Below, piece after piece: positions 1-13,869 of a stretch of DNA of 64,000 nucleotides; position 1 is the stretch's first letter, and the number at the start of each line of letters is the position of its first letter. The position numbers and the translations under genes were made by a program. Below the pieces are notes generated by a model. That model was given only the letters and a program-made list of their open reading frames with translations. It was not told where the DNA came from and searched no databases. This DNA is from Octopus sinensis (taxonomy: Eukaryota). The DNA lies in NCBI RefSeq assembly GCF_006345805.1, contig NC_042999.1:144150001-144214000 (forward strand), read 5' to 3'.

Positions 1-550
1 CAAGGTCACGCAGCTTGTGACATATAACTCCATGATCAACTTTATCGAAGGTCTTGGCAAAGTCAAGATAACAGTAGAGCTGTTGTTTCAGTACCCAGTC
101 AAAATGCTGTAGTATTGACAAAAAAATGACAGGTCCTTCCTGGACGGAAGCCATGCTGTGTGTTTGTGGGCAAGCCTTTTTCCCTCTAAAAACATAATTA
201 TCTACCTTCTGACAATGCGTTCCATAGCTTTGCTGCCATGTAAGATCAGAGACATACGCCTGTAATTTTTAGCATCTCTAGCAGTGCCTTTTTGAAGTCA
301 GATTCTCACTGTCATTAATTTCTTTATTTGAGCGATTTAAAACTTTTGTTCTACGTTTCATAAGGACTCAGCTGTCACGAGGAATAATGCTTTTGCATGG
401 ATTGGCTCTTCTCTTAGGGACAACTTTAGTGGATATGGCTTGCATTATTGGCATAAATTCTTCGAATTTCATATTAACGTCTTACATGGAGATTGTTGAA
501 CCAATTTTGTTTGAGATTCTCCTTTTGAACCGATTTCCAGACAGCCCTGT
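1..550 (-). mobile_element. Degraded CR1/L2-type LINE ORF2 fragment (linker plus start of RT)
   Basis: Manual minus-strand translation gives KNYRRMSLILHGSKAMERIV, QHGFRPGRTC and YLD..KTFDKVDHG (RT motifs NYRPISL/QHGF/KAFDKVDH) with stops, frameshifts and an internal deletion; runs off the window start. Confidence 0.75.
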
Positions 551-594
551 AGGAATGATGATTTTTTTTTCTAATATTATTGGTTATCATCGTA

Positions 595-800
595 AGACAG
601 CGAGCGAGTAGAATCGTTACCACTCCAAGCAAAATGCATAGCGTCGTTTCGTCCGTCTTTACGTTCTGAGTTCAAATTCCGCCGAGGTCGACTTTGTTTT
701 TCATCCTTTCAGGGTCGATGAAATAAATACCAGTTGAACATTGGAGTCGATGAAATCGACAATTCCCCTCCCGCAAAATTTCAGGCCTTGGACTTACAAT
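595..800 (+). mobile_element. tRNA-derived SINE, family A (Meta-core-like)
   Basis: B-box-like GAGTTCAAATTCC followed by core GAGGTCGACTTTG..TTCATCCTTTC.GGGTCGAT.AAATAA.TACCAG; the same sequence recurs at 53914-54095 (-) and as fragments near 7320-7410, 21555-21770 and 21925-22027. Confidence 0.75.
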
Positions 801-1860
801 TAGGAAGGTTTATTAGTCATTATCGTCATTATTGCAATTATTGTTATTTATCATCCGCCATGTCACCTTCTAATCAATGATGATCGTCATGTTATTTTTT
901 TCTTTTCAGACATACTGTATTTGCATTATTCTACATACTATATAAGTTACGTGGCCTAATAGTTAGGATGTTGCACTCATGGTTTCGATTCTCAGACCGG
1001 GCGACATGTTGCATTCTTGGGTAAAATCATTTTATTTCACGTAACTCTGCAATAACTTTTACGTCTGACGTATCGCACACAATATTTTTGCGGGTCCATA
1101 GTTGAGATTCCTTCCTCTGCTTGGGATGTTGGTGTTGGTGGTGATTTTGTTATTGCTTAGTCCAAGTCAGCACTTATCACGTAGACCTGTGACGAGAGAT
1201 GTTCCAGCCGTGAATTTCTCGTTTCATTATTATCTGCATGCTCAACCATGACCGATGTTCCTCTTCACGGCACAGGTCTCCCTAGTTAGTATTAAGATTT
1301 AGAAACAAGAGAGAAATCTCTAATAAAATCACCTCACTGAAATTTTCAGAAAATAAAGAGAATGATGTATAAGAAAGTAATTTATTTTCAAACCTGGTAA
1401 AAGCAACAGGTATGATTCGGTCTTATTTGAATATCAGTCTGGACTGGTAGAGTATATTTCTCATTGAAGCATCTGGACTCAGTTAGCAAAACTAAGAGTG
1501 TTTTATATATAAGAATAGAATTTTTCCCCAGTCAGATTTTTTATACCATTATCTTACCCGTTAACTCTTACGTCTAATTTTAATAAAGTCCTTCAAATTT
1601 AAGATTACCCATTAAATACTCTTTCATAAGAAGCTAAGTTAAAGCGCATAGGCTTTATCATTTAATCTATATGTACCATAAAAATAAGTTCGCAAAGACG
1701 CTCATTCGACCTGGGAGAAAGAGAGTCCAAATCTCCTTCAAATCTTAGACTATCACCTAAAAAAGAACGCATATGACAAATATAACTCACGATACATAAA
1801 GTCACAGAATTATCAAAGCAAGAATGCTCTTGATTATAGGACTGCTCGATCAGAATTCAG

Positions 1861-2292
1861 GGATCTTTTCGGTTTGAACGGCAGTTATTCTAGCGGTGTC
1901 ATATGAAATTGTCACCCATAATTATGACCCTAGTATCGATCTATTGCATTTCAATTTGTTTTAGGGTTAGGGTTAGTTAGGGTTAGGGTTAGGGGTGGGA
2001 AGAAGGGCATCTTTTTTTCTTCACAAATGTAAATAAACCTAATCTGTTTCTTAAACGAGCGACATATTCATACGGCACAGAATGTTTTTTACCTCAATGG
2101 ACGTAATTGATTGGTTGAAATTGCAGAAAGTGAAGAAAAAAAACAACAAATATCTTACAAACCATAGAATTTTCTCAATAAAGCCAAGAGAAAAAGATGT
2201 TTTATAAACACATTCTACCAGTATACGAAGTTTAAAATTTTTTAGTTACCTAGAAATTATGTTAAAAACTGCCGTTCAAACCGAAAAGATCC
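1861..2292. mobile_element. Non-autonomous DNA transposon (MITE), Merlin-like, with internal TTAGGG repeats
   Basis: Perfect 26-bp TIR GGATCTTTTCGGTTTGAACGGCAGTT (1861-1886 / 2267-2292), exact 8-bp TSD GAATTCAG (1853-1860 / 2293-2300). GG termini with an 8-bp TSD fit Merlin (superfamily call is an inference). Confidence 0.85.
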
Positions 2293-2610
2293 GAATTCAG
2301 CTGTAATTAACAGTAACTTGAAGAACTCAGCTTTAAAAAATGTTTTCTCTTGATTATAATACAATATGTAGTTTCATAAACTAAAAGTGCATATAGAAAC
2401 AGCCCTGAACAGTAACAAATATGATAATTCTAGAAAGTTATTCCTAATCAAAACAAACCACGCAACACTTAAACTTGATGAAAAATTTACGTTACACTAC
2501 CATCCTATTATTCTAAAAATACTACGTTCTTGTACCAATGAAAGTTACATGGAATAATTTTTAAAAAGTCGAATATAGCAATGAACAGTAAAATTCTTGA
2601 ATCATACACC

Positions 2611-2760
2611 TAGTGGCGTAGCGGAAGTATGTGGTATGTGCGAACCGTGCAAGGCGGCCACTTTAAATACGTGCGTTTCTTCTAGTCGAAGGTATGATAC
2701 ATTAAAGGAAACGAACGACTAGCTTGACTACTGTACAGGGTGGTGTACGCTACACTACTG
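2611..2760. mobile_element. Old hAT-type MITE relic
   Basis: Ends TAGTGGCGTAGCG ... CGCTACACTACTG (imperfect TIR); 8-bp flanks catacacc/tatacact match at 6 of 8 positions. Confidence 0.4.
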
Positions 2761-3344
2761 TATACACTAACATTACGTATAAAACCCCACAAAAGAATGC
2801 GGCATCTTCCGATGGAAACAAATGCTAATATTCCATCAAACTACATCTATCAAGATAAAATCGTAATGCCGTTAAACTTAACCGTTCATGTTTCCGTAAA
2901 AGCCACAATGTTTTAAGATAGCTATTGACTAGATATCCTGAAAATAGATCTCATTTCCATAATATCTAGTCAATGGTTATTTTTATGCGCTCATCATCGA
3001 CCAAATCTCTCTAGGAAAGCTTATATTATGAGCTGCAAATGTAATACAGAACATATATACACAGTAAAATACAGCAAAACTGGAAAAGAAATGTTTGCGC
3101 TGAATTTTCAAAACACACGCAAATATTATTGAACCTAATACATATTTAAAGAATATGAGATTGAAAAATAACTATGATATTGATAGCAACCAGCCTCACA
3201 CACACGTAAACATACATACACACGCACTCAAATATACACGTGTATACAAATATGCGTATATCTATATATGTATGTGTGTACGTGTGTATGTGTGTATGTA
3301 TGTTTGCATGAAAAATTATTGAGAATCGCATAGAAGCACTATCT

Positions 3345-3384
<40 letters not shown>

Positions 3385-3612
3385 GTACCTATAATAAGTG
3401 AACAGTGTACAGTTAAACAAGTAAATATACTAGAAACATGATCTATTTGTATACATATACAAATAAATATCATGATATTGATATTTATGCATCAATAATA
3501 TAGACCATTGCATATAATATAGAGTATTGCGTATAAGTATGAGCATGTGTATGTATGTAGGTGTTATATATGTATATATACACACACACATGTATGTATG
3601 TAGGTATGTATT

Positions 3613-3955
3613 ATGTCATTCAGTTTTATTTCAAGATTTCTGGTCAACAGAGAAACAACTGGTTTCTAACCTAGATCCAAGGTTCCTTCATTGGAATTTC
3701 AACATCAATAGGGTATTTTTGTATGTATGTATGTATGTATGTATGTATGTATGTATGCATGTATGTATGTATGTATGTATGCATGTATGTATGTGTGTAT
3801 GTATGCATGTATATTTTCAGATTTGTGTTTTGTTCCGTGTATGTATTCTCATGCATATAGTTGCATGTCTAGACATAGTCATATATATACTTAAACGATA
3901 AACTTTTGGAAGGTTTAGCCTTCGAATCACCTTTTACCTTACTGGTTTTGAAAAG
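3613..3955 (-). mobile_element. 5'-truncated 3' end of the (TACA)n-associated R4/Dong-like retrotransposon
   Basis: Repeats both 3' segments of the large copy at 4021-7090 in the same order, separated and flanked by (TATG)n. Confidence 0.8.
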
Positions 3956-3983
3956 TATGTATGTATGTATGTATGTATGTATG

Positions 3984-4015
<32 letters not shown>

Positions 4016-4020
4016 TGTAT

Positions 4021-7000
4021 GTCATTATTCAGATTATTTCAAAATTTCTTGCCAATAGAGAAAGAACCGATTTCTAACCTAGATCCAAGGCTCCTTCATT
4101 GGAATTTCAACATTAACAACAGAGTATTTTCGTATGTATGTATGTATGTATGTATGTATGTATGTATGTATTATGTATGTATGTATGTATGTATGTATGT
4201 ATGTGTGTGTGTATGTATGTATGTATGTATGTATGTATGTATGTATGTATGTATGTATGTATGTATGTATGTATGTATGTATGTATGTTTTATCTATGTA
4301 TTCCCATGCATAGAGTTACATATCTAGACATACTCATATATATGTTTAAATGATAAACATCTGGAAAATTTTACAGAATTTTACAATTCCAGTGATGGAT
4401 TGGATCTGTAGCCTTCGAATTAGCTTTCTCCTTTCTGATTTTGAGTAGCCTAATTTCTCAATATTGGTATTTAGGCAGTGTGTTACATATCCCAGGCCCC
4501 CAATAATTACAAGTATAAATCTGAACTAGTAATCTGAATAGAGTAATTGTAGATTGCACAATAGTCCAGCATAGGTGTTCTCTTTTTCATTGATCTTTAG
4601 CTTTATGTTAACATCCGCTGGGCAGATAATTTCCACAACTGTGCACAGTTTCTCTTCTCTATCTCAAATCATTATATCAGGTCTGTTGTACTTACATTTT
4701 ATTGAGGTCTTCACTGGTACTTTCCACCAGTATTCTTTTTCATTATGAGTGGCTATGGCTTCTACCATATTGTGGGGTTTTATTTTTTTGTCCTCGGGAT
4801 TGTCCTTCCGACGGATTTCATTATAGAGTGTCCTAGCTACAACGACATGACTCATCGGTAGATATACCGTGATAACATATTCGGACAACTGCTTATAATG
4901 TGGGTAATATCTTCAGTGTGAACTCCACAAAGTCTACATCGGTTGTCACATTTTACGGCTTTTCCCTTTTATGCATCAAATACTTGGTTGATATTTCCTG
5001 TTCCTGGATTGCAAATGCTTACTCTTCAACTTAGAGGTAATGCTCCGGCTATTCATCCATGATAAACTGCTTTGATGATCGATGTTACTATCATCACGGA
5101 GCTTTCTACTAACATATCCATTCATAGTCTTCTGCTCATACAGGCTCATCCTTTCATCTTATGATATGTTGCGGTAGAGACGTGCGACTTCTTTGGGCAT
5201 ATATTCTAGGTTATCAGACAAAGAGTGTTACTTAAGGAGCTGCCTTCCCAGTCTTATGATGTTATCAGCTTCATGTATGCAAACTTGGTTACGGGATGCA
5301 CTTCGATGCTTGGTGGTTAAAAGATGTTGTCAAATGGATATGATGCGACATTCAAAGGCATTTTGGATCGATGTTAAGCCTCCATTAGGTCGAGGCGGTC
5401 TATATCACTGTTTATGTGGAAATTATGTATGCTTGCTAGTATTTTTCGGGTTTTGACATTAATGGCTCGGATCTCATCAAGCGACTAATCAAGCAGCCTA
5501 AATGTTAGTATGAGTACTGACACTGCAAACACATTGTGGGCCACTGCTTTATTGAATGCAGAGAGTTCTGTGGTCCAAATTTTCTTTATTCGGCTGTAAT
5601 ATTCTTTAGTAACACGTGTTTTGTTACAGGTGCCACTGTAAGATATATTTTCATCCACCCCTAGATACCTGTAACATTCCTCGTCAGATACAGGTGAAAC
5701 AGTCAAAATATTGACAGAGATGCTACTAGTCTGGTTTATAGTTTTCCCCCTTTTCACAACCATATAACAACTTTTATCCTGACCTGACTCCATCTCTACA
5801 TCCTTTGAGAATGTTGTAACTAGGTCAAGGCTCTTTTTCATCTCATGCATATTCTTTGCATAAAGTTTCAAGTCATCAACAAAGATACAGTGTGTAATTT
5901 TGGTCCTTCTGTTTCCTTGTGAACCAGTGAGATACCCTTCAGACTTCTTTAACATGAATGACAAGGGGTTTACAGAAAGTATAAACAACATCAGAGAGAG
6001 GCTGTCTCCTTGGAATATGCCTTTGCGATATTGTATTTTATCGGTGATAATACAGTCACTCGTTGTGTCTAATTCCAAGATGGTGGCCACGATGAAGTCA
6101 GGTCAGCTATGGCTTTTACTATTCTCACTGGAACTTTAGCAATTTGAAGGGCTACTAGCATACATGAGTGGGGAATAGAGTCAAAGGCTTTCATGTAATC
6201 TAGCCACATTGAAACTAGATTCCTCCTATGCTCTCGCACATCTGACATCACAGTTTTGTTGATTAGCACTTGCTCGGTACATCCCCATATTCCCTTCTTC
6301 CCAGCTGCTTGTTCTGCTGTGATAATGTTATTAGTTTCACTATGGTCTTGGAGGAAGAAGTTTAAACATGGTGTATATATCTTATGCATTAAGTTCTGGC
6401 ATGCAATTGGCCGGTAGTTTTTTGCCATGTGGGTGGTTCTGCATTTTGGGGAACAATTTTGTCTCTGCCAGAGCTAGCCAGTGTGGTATGCTACTGTACC
6501 CAATGAAAGCTTGCTGGTACAGATTGATATGGTATGGACGGTAGAATGTTAGCTTCTTGTACCAATATCTAACAATTAAGTCTCTTCCATGTGCTTTTCC
6601 ATCCTGGAGTTTCTGGATCACAGTTGCAAGAGTCTCACCATCAATGTTGTATGTCTTGGATGTAACGCAGGAGCAATAACTTTTTCGGATTTCTTCCAGC
6701 CACAGGGCATCTTGGTTAAATTCCTTCTCTTCACTCCAGATTTTCCAACAAAAGAATTCTATGTCTTCTCGTGAAGGAGCTTCCATAATATTTACTGCTC
6801 CTCCTCTCATGTCTCTGTATATTACTGCCTGGTTTCGGTTAAATTTTTGTTTATTGTTCTCTCAGTTATACTCTTCTCATGTCGGAGTTTTTCACTGACA
6901 GCTTTTAGCTCTTGCTCTAGGGTAATCAGTTTGCAAGTGAGTATCCCCTTTTTGCTGTCTCCAAAGATCATTTCTATCACCTTCTTTACTTTCTGTTGGT

Positions 7001-7090
7001 GGAGCGAAAAGTGATTTGCTTGTTTGCATGCAATAAACATCATTACCTGACTGATGGTCTTCCGTAGACCAGTTATCTTTTTTTCCTGAT
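4021..7090 (-). mobile_element. Degraded R4/Dong-clade non-LTR retrotransposon (RT + CCHC + restriction-like endonuclease)
   Basis: Frameshifted ORF pieces: KNYRPIAC, WLDYMKAFDSIPH, KGIFQGDSLS, HCIFVDDLKLY, YRYLGV; zinc knuckle CRLCGVHTEDITH; RLE motif WWKVPVKT..CKYNRPDI..VEIICP; both ends abut (TACA)n. Confidence 0.9.
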
Positions 7091-7940
7091 TGTATGTATG
7101 CATGTATGTATGTATACTAACATACATATACATACAGATTCACGCTCTCCACATACAGATTCAACCGCACTCACTCCACCACATAGACAGACAGACATGC
7201 AGACAGACAGACAGACAGGCAGGCAGGTAGACAGACAGACAGACAGATAGATCTGGGCACACCAATAGAACGTCTCTCTCTTCTAACTGAAAGATTAGTT
7301 CGTTCGAACATGCTAAAAAGAAAGATCGTCCCTGGCGGAATGTATAGGCAGACGAAATGCCGCTAAACATATTGCCCGCCGTACTGATGATTCTGCCAGC
7401 CGGCCGCTTTCAATTGCTTAAATATTAAACTTTAAATATTGCTCCGCCTCTATAACTAAGTCAATGCAGTTAGGCACCAATGTTGTATCAAAATACGTAT
7501 TCTGTTTTGCTCGAGGCCCGTGCTGGGATTACTCTCACTTACTACTCAAACATTTAACTAACGGGACAATGGGACAGTGACTATAGGCGAAGGTTATATG
7601 AGAACAATCTATCCACGTAATTTAATAAAAGATTCAGCTAGAAATTCCTTTAACGTTACCAAATAACGGTAGGGACCTAAAATCACAAGCCAGAAAGTAC
7701 GACTGCCGAAGTATTATAACAACCAAAATTAGGCTACTGGTGCCATATAAATTAGTGTACAATAATGATAATTCCTCTCATGTCATATATATATATATAT
7801 TGGAAGAATAGGCAAATGAAAGGAAGTTTCATCCCATCTCAAAATATCAGTCGCCATGTCATAAATCATCTGGCTCATAATAAATGTAAACTCTATATTG
7901 TCTGTTTAATACTCTTTTTTGACTTGTGAGCGCGCTCACG

Positions 7941-8002
<62 letters not shown>

Positions 8003-11000
8003 CGTGTACGTGCACGCGTGTATATGGTTTTTCTGTCTCGTATTGCGAAAACCATTTTTATGCTGCTCATTATTTACATAGACGCATATCATAAGAGCCA
8101 GTTCATCTTTGATCAAGTAGAACTTTTTACAAGGTTGTCGATTTAGAAACTAGGTATGATCTACAGAATCAGTGCTCCAGACATACTGTGACTCAGTATA
8201 GTTTTGTACTCGTATGATACTACAATATGGAATGACTGTTTGCAATTTCAGGAATGTACATTTTCTTCACTATTTGAAGTTTCTTGTGGAGACCACAATG
8301 GAATCAGAAAGATAGACACCTGTCCTGGATGGTGTACCTAACAAAACATATTTGAAGCTAACGGAAAGTGACGCTGACGTTTCATGTTTATATGCTGTTT
8401 ATGTTAATTAAAACTGGATAGAATTATTAGGATGATATTGCTAATAATGTTTTGGGATGTTTCAATATGTCTAGATAATTGAGATTTTCGAACATGGAAC
8501 TCAAATAAATTAGATGTTTTTGTAGATTTGACGTTAAGATGGTGATTGAAAATAAGTTTTGGAGATCAAACGCAGTATTTTGAATGCTATCATCTTTCAC
8601 GTGCCTCTGGGTTGGATTATATCTACCATACTCCGTCTTCTCTGTACTGGAAACAACACACATTCATCTGCAAATGATATTCTAGTTCCACTTCACTCCT
8701 TCTTAACCTTCCACACACATAATTTCCACAAGCAACCAAAATATTTAAAGCTAGACCTATATTACTTCTATGAACAAATACATCGAAAACATTCTGTAAT
8801 GGAAACACGACAATCTATTCATTTTTGATAACTGCATGATACAATCACTATGTATCTCAAGAACGCTTTCATCTATTTAATATCATTCTTTTTAGTTTAT
8901 AAAGAGCATAGATAATTACATTTTGCAATGCTACTTCCGTTGACTGTGGCAGATATTCCTTGGAAAAACTTCAGCTACACAAATAATATCTGAATAAGAA
9001 TGATTACCTGTAACAACTTCTTCATAGAGAAATAGTAAATTTTACCAAAGAAACTTCCTAGGGATGATGAATACAGTGTATTTTATTTTTAGTAAAATAT
9101 TTCAATTTGTTTATGGGAAGTACATAAGAAAGTAAATGGAATATTGTTCAAAAACTACTTTCGCTTCTATTGAGAATATGAGTCAAGTTATTGATAACTG
9201 TGCTATCACGGATGTCAAAGCAACGTTATTTTCAAGTAATTCTCCCTCGTCTTCTCTCGACTTCTCTCAAAATGCTTGATTAACATTAAATAGAAATATG
9301 TGTCACTTAAAACAACAACACTGTCAATTGCTGTTTGTTGGTGATTTACTAGCTGGTGATTTATTAGCATTGTATTTTCTGGATTCATTCCTGCGAAATA
9401 TACAGCTTTCGAATAAAAAAAAATACTGGTGTCTTCATTGTGGCTGCTCGAGTTGCTAGAAAAAGAAGCCCAATCCTCTTCTATCAAAGAAAGAATGAAA
9501 TATTGGAAATGAAACTGTAGTAATTGGGTATACAAAAATACAGCAAGGTCACAGCTGAATCGTTTTAGAGTTTAGAAATGCTTGATCACGATTCACAACA
9601 TGAACAACAACAACAACAATATATTTCAGTGTCAGAGCTGCAGCTTTTATGATTTAAACAAGGAAACAAACCTTCATAATTAATTAGTTTGATGACGGTG
9701 CCCCAGCACAACCACAGTTTCTGATTGAAACCCATAAAACAATAACTGAATCGAGCTACGGTTGTTCAAAGAACATTTTTTTTTCTGTTCACGGGTCAAC
9801 GAAAGATAATAAAGCACGAACACGAGCTTGCTTTTCTAAAGTTTTAAAAAACGAAAAGCAAAATCTCTTTCTTTTTTTTTATCATTGGGAAAAACAACTT
9901 ATTTATTTCCATTTTCAACGGGAATATTTATTGAAATATTTTAAATTTCGTCTTTCGCATTAAAGTCAATAACGTTGGCTTTTAATCTAAGGGAGGCTAC
10001 TCTGCATTTCTGTCTCCCAGACAATCAAGGTTGTTCTTGCTTTAGTTATATAAGTTTATAAACTTAAAAAATTAAACTTTATAGTTATTACTTCAAATAT
10101 TTCCGAGATTGATAACAGTGGTGCCACTAAGGGAAGTTGTAGTTTATTTTGCAACTCGGTTTTTGTTTGCTGGCTGGTTTTGTTTCTTAAAAATTTTATA
10201 GCTATAATCAAAGGGAAGCAATTAATTTATTATGGGAAGTAAATCTGCATCACTTGGCGTGTTAATTTCATATTTAGCCTCTGCTTAATAGAGTCCAGAC
10301 TGTGGTCATCCCATATTTTTCAAGAGGGTACGGTGTAGTTTTGGCGGAGACTCAGCAGTCAGCTACTATTTCTAGCTCTATTATGTTGAGCGACAATGCA
10401 GAAGCCCCCATACTGTCTTGTTACTTCAGAAATACGATCATCTAAAGTTTAGATGATCACATTTCCGTGTTGCTCATAACCTGAGCTGAGATGATAGGTT
10501 ATAAGACTACCAAATAAGGCATCAATAGATTATATCAGGTCGCGGATACTGTGTTCTATACATAAAAAATTCCCTTTGGAATAATTCTCCAACAGAGAGA
10601 ATCGAGTAAAGATAGTTGTTGTTGCTGCTTCTACTGCTATTGCTGTTGTAGTTGTTATGCTGCGGGGGGGGGGGCGACGGCAGTGGTGGATAATTCCAGT
10701 TTCAGCCTTGAACGTGAAACAATTTCTTGATTAAAAGTATTCCAGCCTTGGCCCTACCACCTTTTTAATATGTAAAAAGTAAATTTTCTATGGAGTTTTT
10801 CTTGTTTTAAGACGGTCGGTTATGGTTTGAGAGAATTTTGTTACTGTTGTAGGTCAACTGACAACTCGGAAGTACCTCTCTTGGTTCGATATGAAATTAA
10901 AATCTTCAATTGTGCCTTTGTGTAAGTCACGACATATAGTGCTGTACTGAAATTTTCTTCATTAAACACTCCTGGAGAAATTGTGATGACCAATGTTTTC

Positions 11001-11029
11001 TTCTTGTTACATTGGGCCATTGAAAGTGC

Positions 11030-11343
11030 TGAGAACCCCTTCGGTCATGACTGACTATAGGATTGCACCTAGAAAGTTACCCTCCCAGGTACAAGTCCGA
11101 GCAAGGTTGTTTATGGAAGACCAGCAGTCGCCCATGCATAACGGCCTCCCCTCTCCACGCCACCAGTGTTATCCAAGGGAAAGGTAAAGGCCGATACAGC
11201 TTGGCACCTGTGACGTCGCAACTCATTTTTACAGCTGAGTGAACTGGAGCAACGTGAAATAAAGTGTCTTGCTCAAGAACACAACACGCAGCCCGGTCCG
11301 ATCGTAAGCTCGACGCTCTAACGACTGAGCCATGCGCCTTCAC
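11030..11343 (-). mobile_element. tRNA-derived SINE, family B
   Basis: Head GGCGCATGGCTCAGTCGTTAGAGCG, then TTCTTGAGCAAGACACTTTATTTCACGTTGCTCCAG; near-identical headless copy at 56045-56318 (+). Confidence 0.8.
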
Positions 11344-11545
11344 ATTGAAAGTAAATCTTAAATAATTCAGTGTTACTTTGGCGTGTGATCTACAACTTAA
11401 AGGGCAATTACTTTAGATTACTTTTTAGTTTAATTTTCAATTTCTAAAGGAAAAACGGAATTTTTGATTCAGTACCTCTACCAGTTAACTGATGCACCTC
11501 ATCATAAGAGAAAGATTTCAAAGGATTTTGTTATTTATATCAGTA

Positions 11546-11762
11546 TACAATAATCTCTCCATATCACGGCTCACCTATCGCGGTTTATTATTTAAGCTTA
11601 CGTCGATTCCTCCGTAGTGTTGTTTTGCTTTTATAATAAAATAAATATATATAAATAATAAAAATAGTAAAAAATATATAGTATAGTTTCTACTTCGCGG
11701 ATTTTCACCTATCACGTAGGGTAATGGAACGTAATATCCGCGATAGACGAGAAATTACTGTA
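11546..11762. mobile_element. Tc1/pogo (Tigger-like) MITE
   Basis: Ends TACAATAATCTCTC ... GAGAAATTACTGTA (TA-flanked imperfect TIR) with repeated CACCTATC.CG subterminal motifs. Confidence 0.5.
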
Positions 11763-13869
11763 ATAGTAATACAAAAAAATATTTCCAGTGCAAATAGACT
11801 AAGTTTGGCAGCCGTGAGTTTTGCAATGCAAAGTTGGCAAAATTTCCCGGTCTTACCCTTTTTTCCGAACTTCTTTCATTTCTCCACCACAACGATAACA
11901 TGGTGCAACATTTTCATCATCTAATAGGTCATTTCTTTGTAAAAATGCAACTACCTTTGTCTCATCGCTGATCACATTGGAAAAATATTTAGTTAACATT
12001 TTAAGGGTTTTTAGAAATTGAGAAGTAAACTAGAAAGTAACCTAAAGTAAATGTCCTTTAAGCTGTAGATCACGCGTCAAAGAAGCAAAGATAATTTTCT
12101 TTCTGTAGATTGTCCATTTATTTTTTCTGCAGTGCAAAATTCAGGAAATAAGATATAAACGTGAATCCTTATCATTTTTCGGGAGTCTTTAAAGGAAGAT
12201 AACTCGGCATGATGTTCTGTTTTGTAAAAAAAAATTTTAAAAGATAAAAAAATAACAGAAAAGAAAAGAAAAGAAAAATTAAAAGTTGTTGCATTTGTAT
12301 TCCAAACAAAATCAATGACAGAAATGTTGTAGAAAGATTCCAATCGGAAGTCGAAACCATTTCCTTAATACCTGATTCTCATTGTATTGTGTTGGTGAAC
12401 AGTAGTATATAAAAGATATCAGTAGCAGTATCACCACCGTTGTCATCATGGCAAATATCAGTATGAATTTTACCACCATTAGAGTTACCATAACATGAAA
12501 TCCTATTACAGTCATCACATGTCCACCATTACCGCGACAACCATCACAACCATAATCATTGTCACTACAATCAACATTGGCTACAGCAAGAAAACTCACT
12601 TTTACCACGATCATCTCTATCACCATCACTACCAGGATCATAATTACAATCACTAAACATACCTATCACCAAACCGAAAATCACCGCAACTATAATTACT
12701 ATCGCTCTAATTATCTCTGCAACTATATTCATCACTACAACTACCACTAGAAACACTATTATAACCATCACATACCCAGCATTATCATCATGTTTAACAT
12801 ACCTACGTGTACTAGACTGGTTGATTGGGTAGATGCTGTTATGCAATGTTAGATTATAAATGGTCAAGAAAAACCTGTTGATCTATTCTTCCAAATAAAC
12901 ATACTTTCATCTACCTAACGATTATACTGTACACTCCGATATGCGCTAATTGATTGTACATGATACAACGTCAGAGCATTGTATACCTTCTTCACTCTCC
13001 ACTCTGTTTTTGCTGTCTCGTTATAACCGTCATTGTTGTTTTTCCCCTTGTTATTGTTCGTGTTTGGTCTTAAGCGCATTTCGACTACGTAAAAATAACC
13101 TTTAACCAAATGCATTGCAACTGCGATCATCGAGTTATTTTTAAGTTGGTAGAGTGTAATATTTTATGGAAATTTGTTTGCTATTCCTATAAGTCAAACG
13201 ATCACGAAAAGATGTCTTCATTTATTGTACGCATGTAGATTCTTACTGAGATCATAATAGAGTCGAACAACGTGAACAGGGCCACAAATGATTGGTAGGT
13301 GTTAGTATAGTACCATAGGTGTGTGAAGTTGTGGACATGTTTAGATGAGGTGTGGGAAGATCGTGCAAGCAGATATTTAAAATGAATAGCTGACGGGAAG
13401 GACCCCTTTCTACACCACTCAAACAATCGCAAATCCTTGACGTGTTGGTGTGACGAGTCGGCAGAGTGTTGGATAGAATGTATCGCATTATTTGCTCCAA
13501 CAATCTGCCTTTTGCATTAAGTTGAATCCAATTCAGATCACCTTTGTATTTCATCCTTTCGGGATCGAGAAAAAAGTTTCAATCCAAGGCGGTGGGTTGG
13601 TGAAACTGTTAGAAGGACGGGCAAGATACTGCTGCCAAGTCGCATCAGCTCTAAGTTAGCAACTTTTCCCATAAGTGGGGTGGAAAGAGGAATCTTCCTC
13701 AAAACAACTTTCCCTGGTACTTACAAATGCAGTTCAATATTCCTCAAAGGTAGATAACATTGATAATTACACGATCCAATGTTGATATTAGAATTGACAA
13801 ACAAAATACGTTAAGTAAACAAAATTCAAATAATTTTATTTCTATTAATTGTTAAAACAACAGTGAATG

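Noticed and set aside
1961-1994. Chromosome end / true telomere
   Set aside because: Only ~5 units, internal to a MITE.
3613-4330. CRISPR-like alternation of repeats and spacers
   Set aside because: The repeats are microsatellites and the spacers are repeated retrotransposon 3' ends; the context is eukaryotic with no cas genes.
8050-9200. Unique-looking region with short ORFs (DIICVAEVFPRN, FDVFVHRSN..)
   Set aside because: Only a faint resemblance to a LINE endonuclease; there are stops in all frames and no supportable call.
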